This document shows positions 10,660 to 22,441 of a stretch of DNA of 64,000 bases, piece after piece (the stretch's first letter is position 1; each line of letters begins with the position of its first letter). The position numbers and the translations under genes are program-made. The stretch covers positions 3,296,001-3,360,000 of the forward strand of contig OZ243972.1 of assembly GCA_965214705.1 (NCBI GenBank). Direction: 5' to 3'. This stretch comes from Alphaproteobacteria bacterium. GTDB taxonomy: Bacteria > Pseudomonadota > Alphaproteobacteria > UBA828. The notes under the pieces are model-generated. The model saw only the letters and a list, made by a program, of their open reading frames with translations, did not search any database and was not told the DNA's origin.

Positions 10660-11132
10660 GCCGGCGCCCGAGTCGCCCGCACCTTTTCCCCGGCGCGGTG
10701 GGACAAAACCAACTTTAATTTTGCGGGACGCACCGGGATTAGGCGGGATAGGTGGGAGATGTCGCGTACGTCCGGAGGGACGTGCGCGCGGTAGATAGAG
10801 TCGCGGGCGTGGTAACAACGTCCCGCACGCGAAACCAAGAGGCGCGCACACCCATCCGTTTTGCTCGCCGAGACCCGTTCGCTCTCGCACTGCGTCGCGC
10901 GGATACGCGCGCGGGAATGTGATTGACGCATGGCGCAATCCTCACGCAGTCACCGCGCCCTGTGCACCGCACTATAGTCTGGGGTGTCGCCCGCGCCTGA
11001 AGGGTCGCAGGCGCGTCAGACAGGATCGTGCGCGCGGCATATTGGGGCACGCGCGGGGCGGGGCTACGGCCGACAAGCCCCCTGACGTAGACAAGGAACG
11101 GCGGAACCCGGTCGAGGGGCAAGGAGGGCACG

Positions 11133-11561
11133 ATGCCGAGCGCAAACCGAGCGTCCGACGGATCGAGGGTCGTCCGCACCATGACCCGCGACGACCTGGA
11201 CTCCGCCTGCCGCATCCTGGTGGACCAAGGGCTCTGCGCCGCCGAAGGGCTGCCGCGGCGGCTCGCGGCGACGGTGGAGACGGCCAATGCCGATTACCTC
11301 GTCGCCGAGGAGGACGGCGCCATCGTCGGCGTCACGCTCTCGGTCTTCGACGGGTTCACCAGCTTCGTCGGCTACATGGCCGTCGCACCCGGCGCCGAGC
11401 GGCGGCACATCGGGCGCCGGATGATCGACGAGCTGGTGCGGCGCACGCGGGCACGCGGCGGCCAGAACATCGTCGTGGCAACCTGGCTCAGCGCCGCCGG
11501 ATTCTACGAGCGCATGGAGTTCCGCACGCCCGGCGCCGTCTTCCTGGTCCGGGATGTGTAG
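11133..11561 (+). CDS. GNAT family N-acetyltransferase
   Basis: MAVAPGAERRHIGRRM (motif A), AAGFYERM; RBS AAGGAGG. Confidence 0.85.
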   Translation: MPSANRASDGSRVVRTMTRDDLDSACRILVDQGLCAAEGLPRRLAATVETANADYLVAEEDGAIVGVTLSVFDGFTSFVGYMAVAPGAERRHIGRRMIDELVRRTRARGGQNIVVATWLSAAGFYERMEFRTPGAVFLVRDV

Positions 11562-11584
11562 TGAACCGTATCCGAAGGTCGTAA

Positions 11585-13744
11585 CCCAAGTTGGCACTTT
11601 TCCGCTGCCTGTGTTCCCTATTGGTTTGATTCAACGCGATATTTTTCTCGGTCGATTCCAACATGGCCCCACATTTTGTGAGATTCTGTCAGCTCATCAG
11701 ACGGGTCCTCGTGCGGTGGATGGCGGGGTCCACGCCCGCCGCCGAGGAGATTGCGGCAACCTCGGCGGCCGGGCGCGTGTCCTGGCGGTTGACGATCAAG
11801 GTGCCGTCGGTCTGGCGCAGGCGCGTGGTGATCCGCACCCAGGTCCGCATGCTCTCGCGGATCGACGCCCAGCACTTGTGGATGCCGCGCGCGGCCAGCC
11901 GGGTACGGATCAGATGCACGGCGTGGTAGGCCAGCACGGCGATCAGCAGGTGGGCCGCGATGCGCCGGTCGAGCTGGTGCCAGATCGGGCGAAGGCCGAG
12001 CTCGGATTTCAGGCTCCGGAATGTCGCCTCGATATCCGTGATCCGCCAGTACGTCCGCAGGACCGTCTCGATGTCCCAGTCGACGTGGCTGGTGCGCAGC
12101 ACATAGGCACCGGCGCCCTCATCGGCCTCGTCGTATCGCGGCCTGCGCTTGAAGCGCACGGCGGTGGCATTGGGGCCGGTTTTCGCCCTCTCGACCGTGA
12201 TCTCGTAGTGCCTGGCGACGGCGGAGAAGCGCTGCTTGAGGCGGCCTATGCTCTCCAGCACCTTGTCGTAGCGCTTGAGGCGGCCCTTGACCGCAAGGCC
12301 GCCGTGGAGCCTTTCCAGCGCCGCCTCGAAGCGGTTCCGCCTCAGGCCGATGATCGCGTTCTCGGCCTTCTTCTTGCCCTCGCTGACGACGTAGAGCCGC
12401 GCCTCGCCGTCCTCGCTGGCAAGCCGCCAGGCCCGCACCTCGTGGCGCGCGCTGGTGATCAGCAGGGCCTCGGGTCCGCCCTCGGGCGGCGCAGGCCTGG
12501 CACCGCGGCTGACCGCGATCCAGTCGTAGCCCTGCTCGCCCAGCCACGCGATGTTTTTCTCGGTGGCGATGCCCGCGTCCATGACCACCGTGGGCTTCGG
12601 CGCCGTGCCGCCGCACACCGCCTCGAGCCGCGCCAGCGCCTCGTGCAGCGTGCCCGGCTCGCTCACGTTGCCCGGCAGGATCTCGCAACTGCGCGGGAAG
12701 CCCGCGCCGTCGAGCGCCAGCGCCAGCGTGATGAGGGGACAGTCGTCGCGCTTCTGCTTGGAGCGCCCGAACCTGGGAAGCTCGCCGCCCGTGTGGCCGT
12801 GGTAGTGGACGTTGGTGAGATCGTAGAAGGCGATCGTCTCGGGCAGGTCGAGCAGTGCGCGCTCACGGTTGAACAGCTCCCGCTGGATGGCGGCGCGGTG
12901 GCGCCAGAGCAGGTCGCCGATGCGGTAGAGCGTCTTGCGCCGCAGCGCCTTGCGGTCGCCCTCCAGGCCCAGGAGCTCGGCGGCCGCGCTGTCGTGGCGG
13001 AGCCAGCGGCTGGTATCACGCTCGCTGGCGGGATGGACCATCCTGGCGACGATCAGCGCGCTGGCGATGCGCCCGTCGCGGCCCTTGATGTCGAGGCCGT
13101 GGAGGATTTCGGCGAAGCCGAGGGCGTCGAGGGCCTTGAGGCACAGGCGCTCGCAGCCGACCGTGCGCGGGTTCTCGTGCTCCAGGGTATCGAGGTCGAC
13201 GGTGGCGATGTCGGGCTTGCGCGCCTCTTCCTGCATCGCCTCGACGCGGAACCCCCTGGCCCTGAGCTTGGCGACGATGTCCTCGGCTGCGGCCCGCACA
13301 TCCGCCTCGCCCTCGAACAGCGGCGGCTTGCCGTGAAGCAGCGCCTCGGCGAGTTCGGTGACGGCCTTCCACTTCTCGCGCGGCACCGGATAGTCGGTGC
13401 CGAGATTGAGCAGCGTCCTGTGGCGCACCTTGTCGCCGACGCGCTGGGCGAGCACGAGGCGATGGCTTCGGACCGGCTGGCCGGCCTTGTCGGTGTGTGT
13501 CCTGGTTGCCTTGATGTACATGGCGGCGCCGTTTCTGCGATGCCTGTTTCGCATACACGGCGTTCGCGGCATCTGGCAAGAGGGATATCGACTCAACTCC
13601 AAAGTCCTGGCCCCACAATTGGCTTCCAGGACCACGAATGGCAAATGTGGGTCTCAGGTGTCCTCCAACCCCAACATCTAGTGGTTCAGCGCCGCAAAAC
13701 TGGCTCGAACAGGCTCGGCTGGTCGGAAAAAGTGCCAACTTGGG
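11585..13744 (-). mobile_element. Complete IS1634-family insertion sequence #1
   Basis: Terminal IRs CCCAAGTTGGCACTTTT (from 11585) / AAAAGTGCCAACTTGGG (to 13744); direct repeat GTAA at 11581-11584 and 13745-13748. Confidence 0.9.
11689..13521 (-). CDS. IS1634-family DDE transposase
   Basis: FYDLTN, GRSKQKRDD, VVMDAGI, YWRITDIEATFRSLK, LRPIWHQ..RIAAH. Confidence 0.9.
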   Translation of the reverse strand: MYIKATRTHTDKAGQPVRSHRLVLAQRVGDKVRHRTLLNLGTDYPVPREKWKAVTELAEALLHGKPPLFEGEADVRAAAEDIVAKLRARGFRVEAMQEEARKPDIATVDLDTLEHENPRTVGCERLCLKALDALGFAEILHGLDIKGRDGRIASALIVARMVHPASERDTSRWLRHDSAAAELLGLEGDRKALRRKTLYRIGDLLWRHRAAIQRELFNRERALLDLPETIAFYDLTNVHYHGHTGGELPRFGRSKQKRDDCPLITLALALDGAGFPRSCEILPGNVSEPGTLHEALARLEAVCGGTAPKPTVVMDAGIATEKNIAWLGEQGYDWIAVSRGARPAPPEGGPEALLITSARHEVRAWRLASEDGEARLYVVSEGKKKAENAIIGLRRNRFEAALERLHGGLAVKGRLKRYDKVLESIGRLKQRFSAVARHYEITVERAKTGPNATAVRFKRRPRYDEADEGAGAYVLRTSHVDWDIETVLRTYWRITDIEATFRSLKSELGLRPIWHQLDRRIAAHLLIAVLAYHAVHLIRTRLAARGIHKCWASIRESMRTWVRITTRLRQTDGTLIVNRQDTRPAAEVAAISSAAGVDPAIHRTRTRLMS

Positions 13745-13801
13745 GTAAGGCGTTGATTCCCTGCGCGTATTGGTCAACCCCACACCCTCACGCCCCCACA
13801 C

Positions 13802-13895
13802 CGTCATGCCCGGACTTGATCCGGGCATCTCTCTCGCGCAACGCACTGTAAGGAAAAGAAAAACGTGGATGGCCGGGTCAAGCCCGGCCATGACG
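13802..13895. repeat. Palindromic REP/RPE-like element, copy 1
   Basis: CGTCATGCCCGGACTTGATCCGGGCATC...GTGGATGGCCGGGTCAAGCCCGGCCATGACG; related copies at 17539 and 44325. Confidence 0.8.
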
Positions 13896-13929
13896 AGGTG
13901 GGTGGGTTCGCGCCCTTCTCCCGCTTAAA

Positions 13930-16021
13930 CCGAACTTCCGTTAGCATCTGATTGCCGATCTGGCCGGATTTTGCCTGTTTCCGCCCTTTCTGCGCAGTTT
14001 AGCGCCCGGTTTGGCGCGAAATTCCCGAAATGATCGCCGAAACCGCCGCGATTCGGCGCTCCAGCGCTGGATCACGCCGTCCCGGCGCATCCACCAAAAC
14101 CTGAATACTAGTCAGTAGATAGTTTTCTCGTTACGATAATTGCTCCGCATTCCCAAGCCTTTCCGATATGATTGCCGCGATTCGCTAGGCAGATCGATAT
14201 GCACATCGAAACCACCCGGTCCGGAAACTCCCGCTGCCACCTCCTCAGACAGTCCTACTGGCAGGACGGAAAACCCAAGAAGCGCACCCTGTGCAACCTC
14301 TCCGCCCTCCCGGAACACGCCATCGAAGCCCTCAAACGCGCCCTCAAGCGCGGACCCGCCCTCAATCCCGACAGCGCCGACGTCGAACTGCGCGCCAGCC
14401 GGGCGCACGGCGCCGTCAGCGCCGTTCTCGGCACCCTTCGCGACATCGGCCTCGACCGCGTCATCTTCCACCGGCCCGATCGCCGCAGGGCCCTCGTCAT
14501 CGCCATGATCGTCGCCCGCCTGATCCGGCCCGGCGCCAAGCTGCGCGTCGAGCGCGAACTGGGAGCGGCCGGCACAACCACCCTCGCCGCCCTGCTCGGC
14601 GTCGAAGGCGTCAGCGTCGACGAACTCTACGCCGCCATGGACTGGCTGGGCGCGCGACAGGGCGCGATCGAGCGCAAGCTCGCCCGGCGCCATCTCGGAG
14701 AGGACGATCTCGTCCTCTACGACGTGTCCTCGAGCTACATGGAGGGCAACGCCTGCCCCATGGCGAAGCGCGGCTATTCGAGGGATCGCCGGGGCGACCG
14801 CCCGCAGATCGTCTACGGCCTCCTCTGCACCCGCGATGGCTGTCCGGTCTCGATCGAGGCCTTCGCCGGCAACACCGGCGACCCGATGACTCTGGCCAGC
14901 CAGGTGCGCAAGGTCCGCGACAGCTTCGGCATCCGGCGGGTGGTGTTGGTGGGGGACCGCGGCATGATCGCGCAGACCCGCATCGACCGCGACCTCGCGC
15001 CCAACGGCATCGACTGGATCACGGCGCTGCGCGCATCCTCGATCCGCAAGCTCGTCGACCGGGGGCATGTCACGCCCGGCCTGTTCGACACCTGGGGCCT
15101 CGCGCGGGTGACCACGCCGGACTATCCCGGCGAGAGGCTGATCGTCTGCTACAACCCGGTTCTGGCGGCCGAGCGCAAGCGCAACCGCGACGGGCTGCTC
15201 AATGCGACCGAGACGGACGCGCGCGATTTCGCCGCGCGCCACGCCGCCGGCGACATCGACCGCGACGAGTTGAACCGTCGGCTGGGAACCTTGCGCCGCC
15301 GCAAGATGGCCAAGCACTTCCGCTTCGAATTCGACGAGGGCAGCGGCACCTTCAGTTGCGAACGCGACCGGGCGTCGATCGACGCCGAGGCCGCCCTCGA
15401 CGGTCTCTACGTCATACGCACCAACGTGGACGAGGACGAGATCGAGGACGTCGAGGCGGTCCGCGTCTACAAGAGCCTGTCACGCGTCGAGCGCGCCTTC
15501 CGCTCGCTCAAGACGGTGTCGTTGCGGATCCGCCCGATCTTCCACTGGCGCGACGACCGAGTACGGGCGCATCTTCTGATCTGCATGCTGGCTTGGTATG
15601 TCGAGTGGCACATGCGCCGCAGGCTGGCGCCGCTGCTGTTCGCCGAGGAGGACGGAGCGCCGCTGTCCGCGAACCCGGTGGCGCCGCCGGAACGCTCGGA
15701 AAAGGCCCGGCGCAAGGACAAGCGCCGAAAGACGGATGATGGACTTGCGGTGTGCGACTTCCGCGATCTCCTCGGCCATCTCGGCACGCTTGCTGCCACT
15801 GAGATCGCCACCGGAACCGACTTCGCCGTGCCCGCCCTGACCAAGCCGACCGAACTGCAGGAAAGGGCGTTCGCATTGCTCGGGCTGCGGCCCCATCCTG
15901 CGCCCGCGCTCACCGAAAAGGGGATGACCACCGCCAAACCTGTCCAGTAATCGTCGCTTCGAAACTCGCCGAAACCCCTGCCGCACAACGGTTCTTTGAC
16001 TATCCCACACTGGAAGTTCGG
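13930..16021 (+). mobile_element. Complete IS1634-family insertion sequence #2
   Basis: IRs CCGAACTTCC / GGAAGTTCGG; 6-bp TSD CTTAAA at 13924-13929 and 16022-16027. Confidence 0.9.
14199..15950 (+). CDS. IS1634-family DDE transposase
   Basis: LYDVSSSYMEG, GYSRDRRGDRPQ, VGDRGM, YKSLSRVERAFRSLK, RVRAH. Confidence 0.92.
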   Translation: MHIETTRSGNSRCHLLRQSYWQDGKPKKRTLCNLSALPEHAIEALKRALKRGPALNPDSADVELRASRAHGAVSAVLGTLRDIGLDRVIFHRPDRRRALVIAMIVARLIRPGAKLRVERELGAAGTTTLAALLGVEGVSVDELYAAMDWLGARQGAIERKLARRHLGEDDLVLYDVSSSYMEGNACPMAKRGYSRDRRGDRPQIVYGLLCTRDGCPVSIEAFAGNTGDPMTLASQVRKVRDSFGIRRVVLVGDRGMIAQTRIDRDLAPNGIDWITALRASSIRKLVDRGHVTPGLFDTWGLARVTTPDYPGERLIVCYNPVLAAERKRNRDGLLNATETDARDFAARHAAGDIDRDELNRRLGTLRRRKMAKHFRFEFDEGSGTFSCERDRASIDAEAALDGLYVIRTNVDEDEIEDVEAVRVYKSLSRVERAFRSLKTVSLRIRPIFHWRDDRVRAHLLICMLAWYVEWHMRRRLAPLLFAEEDGAPLSANPVAPPERSEKARRKDKRRKTDDGLAVCDFRDLLGHLGTLAATEIATGTDFAVPALTKPTELQERAFALLGLRPHPAPALTEKGMTTAKPVQ

Positions 16022-16022
16022 C

Positions 16023-16340
16023 TTAAAAGTCGGGATCGATGCTATACTTGATGGATAGCGACTGGGGCGTGTCTATATCGGTGGCCAACGCTGTCAGCGC
16101 GTGACCCTGGATAAAGCCCTGCGCGACGCCCAGGAATCGTGGTTCGGCACCACTATCCTCGTATAAGCGGATGTGAGCCATGCCCGAATCGCAAGTTGTG
16201 CTGGCTTCGATGGATAGCATTCCCATCGCGTTCTGCCACCGCCAGTCCTCGATCTCGCAGGTCCCGACGTGATCGTCGCAGGCAAGAGCCGAGCCCATGC
16301 ACAGCGGGATGACAGCAAGCGACGACAGAGCGAACCGCAT
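16023..16340 (-). CDS. Small putative secreted protein, unknown function
   Basis: Signal-peptide-like MRFALSSLAVIPLCMGSALA, RBS GGAG, three Cys in the mature part. Confidence 0.6.
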   Translation of the reverse strand: MRFALSSLAVIPLCMGSALACDDHVGTCEIEDWRWQNAMGMLSIEASTTCDSGMAHIRLYEDSGAEPRFLGVAQGFIQGHALTALATDIDTPQSLSIKYSIDPDF

Positions 16341-16355
16341 TCCTCTCTCCTCCAA

Positions 16356-17516
16356 TCAGTTGTCATCGGACCCAGCGCCGAACTCCCCCCGTATTGCCTC
16401 GCTCTGCTCACCGAGCGCGGGGACGGGGCGGAAGGGGCGGTCGGCGTCTGCGCCGTCGACGTGGCGGGCGGGGGGTGCGACGATCTCGACCGTGCCGGCG
16501 GCGGTCTCCACCGGCGCGCGGCGGAGCTGCGGGTGCGCGGACAAGCCCGCGACGTCGTTGAGCCGGCCAAAGGCGATTCCGGCCTCGCGCAGCGCGTCCG
16601 CCAGCGACTCCATGTCGTGGCGGCTGAAGACTTTGACGATCAGCGCGTCCATCTCGGCCCGGTTCGCGAGCCGGGCCGGGTGGCCGGCGAAGCGCGCATC
16701 GGTCGCGAGAGCCGCATCGCCCAGGATGCCCTCGCAGAAGCGTGCCCACTCGCGCTCGTTCTGGATCGCGATCACCATCTGCCCGCCGCAGCCCACCGGG
16801 TAGGCGCCGTAGGGCGCGATCATGGCGTGGCTGAGGCCCGTGCGCGCCGGCGCCTTGCCGCCGTGCTCCAGGTGCAGGAGCGGCACGGTCATCCAGTCCG
16901 CCATGCCGTCGAAGAGCGAGACCCTGATGCCGGTGCCCCGGCCGGTGCGCGCGCGCCCGATCACCGCCTCCAGGATCGCGCCGTAGGCGTTGAGCCCCGC
17001 CCCGATATCGCAGACCGAGACCCCGACCCGGCTCGCGGACTCAGGCGTGCCGGTGACAGAGGCGATCCCCGATTCGCACTGGATCAGGAAGTCGTAGGCC
17101 TTCATCGCGGCGTAGGGGCCACTCTCGCCATAGCCGCTGATGTCGCAGGTGATGAGGCGGGGATGCCGGCGCCTGAGCTCGTCGGAGTCGAAGCCCGCCC
17201 GCGCCGCCGCGCCCGGCGCGAGGTTCTGCACGAACACGTCGGCGCGGGCGACGATGCGGTGCAGCAGGGCGTTGTCGCCCGCATCCTTGATGTCGAGGAC
17301 GACGGATTCCTTGCCCCGGTTGAGCCAGACGAACCAGGCGCACTCGCCGCCCACGTGGCGGTCGTAGAAGCGGGCGAAGTCGCCCTCCGCCCGCTCCACC
17401 TTGATGACGCGCGCGCCCGCGTCCGCCAGCCGGCTGGTGGCGAAGGGGGCGGCGACGGCCTGCTCGACCGAGACCACCAGGAGGCCGGCGAGCGGGCCGG
17501 TGCCTGCTTCGCTCAC
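16356..17516 (-). CDS. CaiB/BaiF family III CoA-transferase (itaconate CoA-transferase-like)
   Basis: EQAVAAPFA.RLADAGARVIKVE, LNRGKES, KAYDFLIQ, VCDIGAG. Confidence 0.9.
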   Translation of the reverse strand: MSEAGTGPLAGLLVVSVEQAVAAPFATSRLADAGARVIKVERAEGDFARFYDRHVGGECAWFVWLNRGKESVVLDIKDAGDNALLHRIVARADVFVQNLAPGAAARAGFDSDELRRRHPRLITCDISGYGESGPYAAMKAYDFLIQCESGIASVTGTPESASRVGVSVCDIGAGLNAYGAILEAVIGRARTGRGTGIRVSLFDGMADWMTVPLLHLEHGGKAPARTGLSHAMIAPYGAYPVGCGGQMVIAIQNEREWARFCEGILGDAALATDARFAGHPARLANRAEMDALIVKVFSRHDMESLADALREAGIAFGRLNDVAGLSAHPQLRRAPVETAAGTVEIVAPPARHVDGADADRPFRPVPALGEQSEAIRGEFGAGSDDN

Positions 17517-17538
17517 GACCCGCTCTTTATCCCTACTC

Positions 17539-17642
17539 CGTCATGCCAGGCCCCCGGATCAAGTCCGGGGGTGTTCCGCGCATCCATATCGACCCGGTGC
17601 GGCGGCACGACGTGGATGGCCGCATCAAGTGCGGCCATGACG
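17539..17642. repeat. Palindromic REP/RPE-like element, copy 2
   Basis: CGTCATG...CCCCCGGATCAAGTCCGGGGG...GTGGATGGCCGCATCAAGTGCGGCCATGACG. Confidence 0.7.
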
Positions 17643-17689
17643 AGGTGGGGTTAACGCGTGAGGGCATGCGAACGGCTGTCGGGGGGCGG

Positions 17690-17866
17690 TAGAGCGTGTC
17701 CGTCTTTGACGGACACGCGACAGGCCGCGACTGCGGCCCGCCGCTTATGCGGCGCCATCGCGCGCCCGCGCGCGTGGACGCGCGACGCGGAGGCGCCGGC
17801 CGTAAGGCCGGCTGCCGTGAGCGATAAAGAAGCCGGAGCGTTTCCGTGCAAAACGGAAACGCTCTA
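17690..17866. repeat. 177-bp multi-hairpin intergenic element with TAGAGCGT/ACGCTCTA termini, copy 1
   Basis: Terminal inverted repeats and internal hairpins; about 138 bp recur in inverted orientation at 31751-31888. Confidence 0.8.
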
Positions 17867-19041
17867 ATAAGAGCGCGGCATGCCGAGCACATGCTGGCCG
17901 AGGTAGGCGAGGACGAGGTTGGTCGAGATCGGCGCCACGCGGTAGAGCCGGGCCTCGCGGAACTTGCGCTCCACGTCGTACTCCTCGGCGAAGCCGAAGC
18001 CGCCGTGGGTCTGGAGGCAGGTGTCGGCGGCCTTCCAGGAGGCTTCCGCCGCGAGCAGCTTCGCCATGTTGGCCTCGGGCCCGCACGGGCGGCCCGCGTC
18101 GAAGAGCGCGGCGGCCTTCTGCACCATCAGCCGCGCGGCCTCCATCTGCGCGTAGGCCTCGGCGATGGGGAACTGCACGCCCTGGTTGGCGCCGATGGGG
18201 CGGCCGAACACCTGGCGCTCGGTGGCATAGGCGCTGGCCTTCTCGATGAACCAGCGGCAATCGCCGATGCACTCGGCGGCGATCAGGATGCGCTCGGCGT
18301 TCATGCCGTCCAGGATGTAGCGAAAGCCCCGGCCCTCCTCGCCGATCAGGCTGGAGCCAGGGATCACCAGGTCGTCGAAGAAGAGCTCGGTGGTGGCGTG
18401 GTTGATCATGGTGCGGATCGGCCGGATTTCGAGGCCCTGGCCCACCGCGTGCTCCAGCTCCACCAGGAAGACCGACAGGCCCTCGGTGCGCTTCTTGGTC
18501 TGCGCCGCCGGCGTGGTGCGGGCGAGCAGGAGCAGCAGGTCCGAGTGCTCGGCCCGCGAGATCCAGACCTTCTGGCCGTTCACGGTGTAATCGCCGTCCG
18601 CGCGCCGCTCGGCGGTGGTGCGAAGCTGGGTCGTGTCCGAGCCGGTGGTGGGCTCGGTGACGCCGAAGGCCTGCAACCGGCGCGCGCCGCTCGCGATCTG
18701 TGGCAGGTAGGTCTCCTTCTGCGCATCCGAGCCGTGCCGCAGCACCGTGCCCATGGTGTACATCTGGGCGTGGCAGGCGCCGCCGTTGCAGCCGGACGCG
18801 TGGATTTCCTCCAGGATCGCAGCGCCGGCGCCGATGCCGAGCCCGCTGCCGCCGTAGCGCTCGGGGATCAGCGCGGCGAGGAAGCCCCCATCCGTCAGCG
18901 CCTGCACGAACTCCTCCGGGTAGGCCCGTTCGCGGTCCTTCTCCCGCCAGTACTCGCCGGGGTAGCGCGCGCAGAGCGCGCTGACCGGCTCGCGCAGCTC
19001 ACGGTGGTCGTCGTCGAGGTCGATGAAGGCGCGCTGCTCGC

Positions 19042-19045
<4 letters not shown>
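17864..19045 (-). CDS. Acyl-CoA dehydrogenase
   Basis: PERYGGSG, GVTEPTTGSD, NGQKVWIS, RQVFGRPIG, QTHGGFGF. Confidence 0.93.
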
Positions 19046-20865
<1,820 letters not shown>

Positions 20866-20881
20866 GGTGCCGGCGCTCCCT

Positions 20882-22237
20882 TCAGTCCCCGGCCGGGCCG
20901 GACTTGCGCCGCTCGCGCCGCCGCGCTGCCGCGCCCTCGCGCTGGCGCTGCTCGCCCCTGGCGACGGCGATCGCGTCCGCCTCCACGTCCTCGGTGATCA
21001 CGCTGCCCGCGCCGACCACCGCGCCGGGGCCGACGGTCACCGGCGCCACCAGCGCGGTGTTGGAGCCGATGAACGCGCCCTCGCCGATCTCCGTCCGCGA
21101 TTTTTGGTAGCCGTCGTAGTTGCAGGTGATGGTGCCGGCGCCGATGTTGGCGCCCGCGCCGACGCCCGCGTCGCCGACGTAGCTCAGGTGGTTGATCTTG
21201 GCGCCTTCCGCGACCGTGCTGCTCTTCACCTCGACGAAGTTGCCGACGCGCGCGCCCTCGCCGATGTCGCTGCCGGGCCGCAGCCGCGCGAACGGGCCGA
21301 TCGTGGCACCCTTCCGCACGCGAACGCCTTCCAGGTGGCTGAAGGGCCTGATTTCGACCCCGTCCTCGATCGTCACGCCGGGTCCGATGGCGACGTTCGG
21401 CCCAATGGTGACATCGGTGCCCAGGCGCGTGTCGCAGCAGAGCCAGACCGTGGCCGGCTCGGTAAGCGTGGCACCTCCCTCCATGGCGGCCCGGCGCAGC
21501 CGGTCCTGAACCACGCGTTCGGCGTCGGCCAGCTGTACGCGGTCGTTGATGCCCATGACCTCTTCGGTCGGCGCCTCGGCGACCGCGCACCGGCCGCCCT
21601 CCGCCGAGACGATGGCGGGGAGGTCGGTCAGGTAGTACTCGCCCTTGGCGTTGTCGTTGCCGATGGCGTCGAGCAGGGGGAAGAGCCGGCGCCCGTCCAC
21701 CGCCATCATGCCGGCATTGCAGAGCGTGACCGCGCGCTCGTCCCCGCTGGCCTCGGCATATTCCACGATGCGGGCGAGCGAGCCGTCGGGCGCCAGAATC
21801 AGCCGGCCGTACTCGGCCGGGTTCTCCGGGCGAAAGCCCAGCACCGCGGCGGCCACGCCATCGCCCGCCCGCCGCGCCTCGACGAGCCGGGCCAGGGTCC
21901 CGCTGCGCACCAGCGGCGTGTCCGCATAGAGCACCAGCACGTTGCCCTCGAAATCCTGCAACAACGGGCGGGTCTGGGCCACCGCATGCGCCGTGCCGAG
22001 CGGCTCGTCCTGCACCACGCAGGAAACCGCGCCGCCAACGCCCTCCAGGCCGGAAGCCGCAGCCTCGAGCTCCGGCCCGATCACCAGCACCGTGCGTTCC
22101 GGTGCAAGCGAACCGGCGATGGCCAGCGCGTGCTCTACCATCGGCCGCCCGGCCAAGGGATGCAGGACCTTGGGCAGGGCCGAGCGCATGCGCGTGCCCT
22201 TGCCCGCCGCGAGCAGCACACAGGCAAGCCCGCTCAC
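20882..22237 (-). CDS. glmU: Bifunctional UDP-GlcNAc pyrophosphorylase / glucosamine-1-P N-acetyltransferase
   Basis: LAAGKGTRMRS, LGTAHAV, EYYLTD, GNFVEVK, HLSYVGDA, TITCNYDG. Confidence 0.98.
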   Translation of the reverse strand: MSGLACVLLAAGKGTRMRSALPKVLHPLAGRPMVEHALAIAGSLAPERTVLVIGPELEAAASGLEGVGGAVSCVVQDEPLGTAHAVAQTRPLLQDFEGNVLVLYADTPLVRSGTLARLVEARRAGDGVAAAVLGFRPENPAEYGRLILAPDGSLARIVEYAEASGDERAVTLCNAGMMAVDGRRLFPLLDAIGNDNAKGEYYLTDLPAIVSAEGGRCAVAEAPTEEVMGINDRVQLADAERVVQDRLRRAAMEGGATLTEPATVWLCCDTRLGTDVTIGPNVAIGPGVTIEDGVEIRPFSHLEGVRVRKGATIGPFARLRPGSDIGEGARVGNFVEVKSSTVAEGAKINHLSYVGDAGVGAGANIGAGTITCNYDGYQKSRTEIGEGAFIGSNTALVAPVTVGPGAVVGAGSVITEDVEADAIAVARGEQRQREGAAARRRERRKSGPAGD

Positions 22238-22441
22238 CCACGCCTCCGCTGTGGGGTGCGCGCCCGCTGGCGACGTGTGCGATGGGAGACCGCTTGGCTC
22301 ACGCCCGATGTCTCATTGGTTCAGGGATATCCAGCGCCGGATCGGTGGGGCCGTGCGACTCCGACCATCATACCATGCCCGCCCGCGCCGCGGCCTCGCG
22401 CCGCCTTGTCAACATGGGCGGGTTCCCGCACCATCCGCGCG

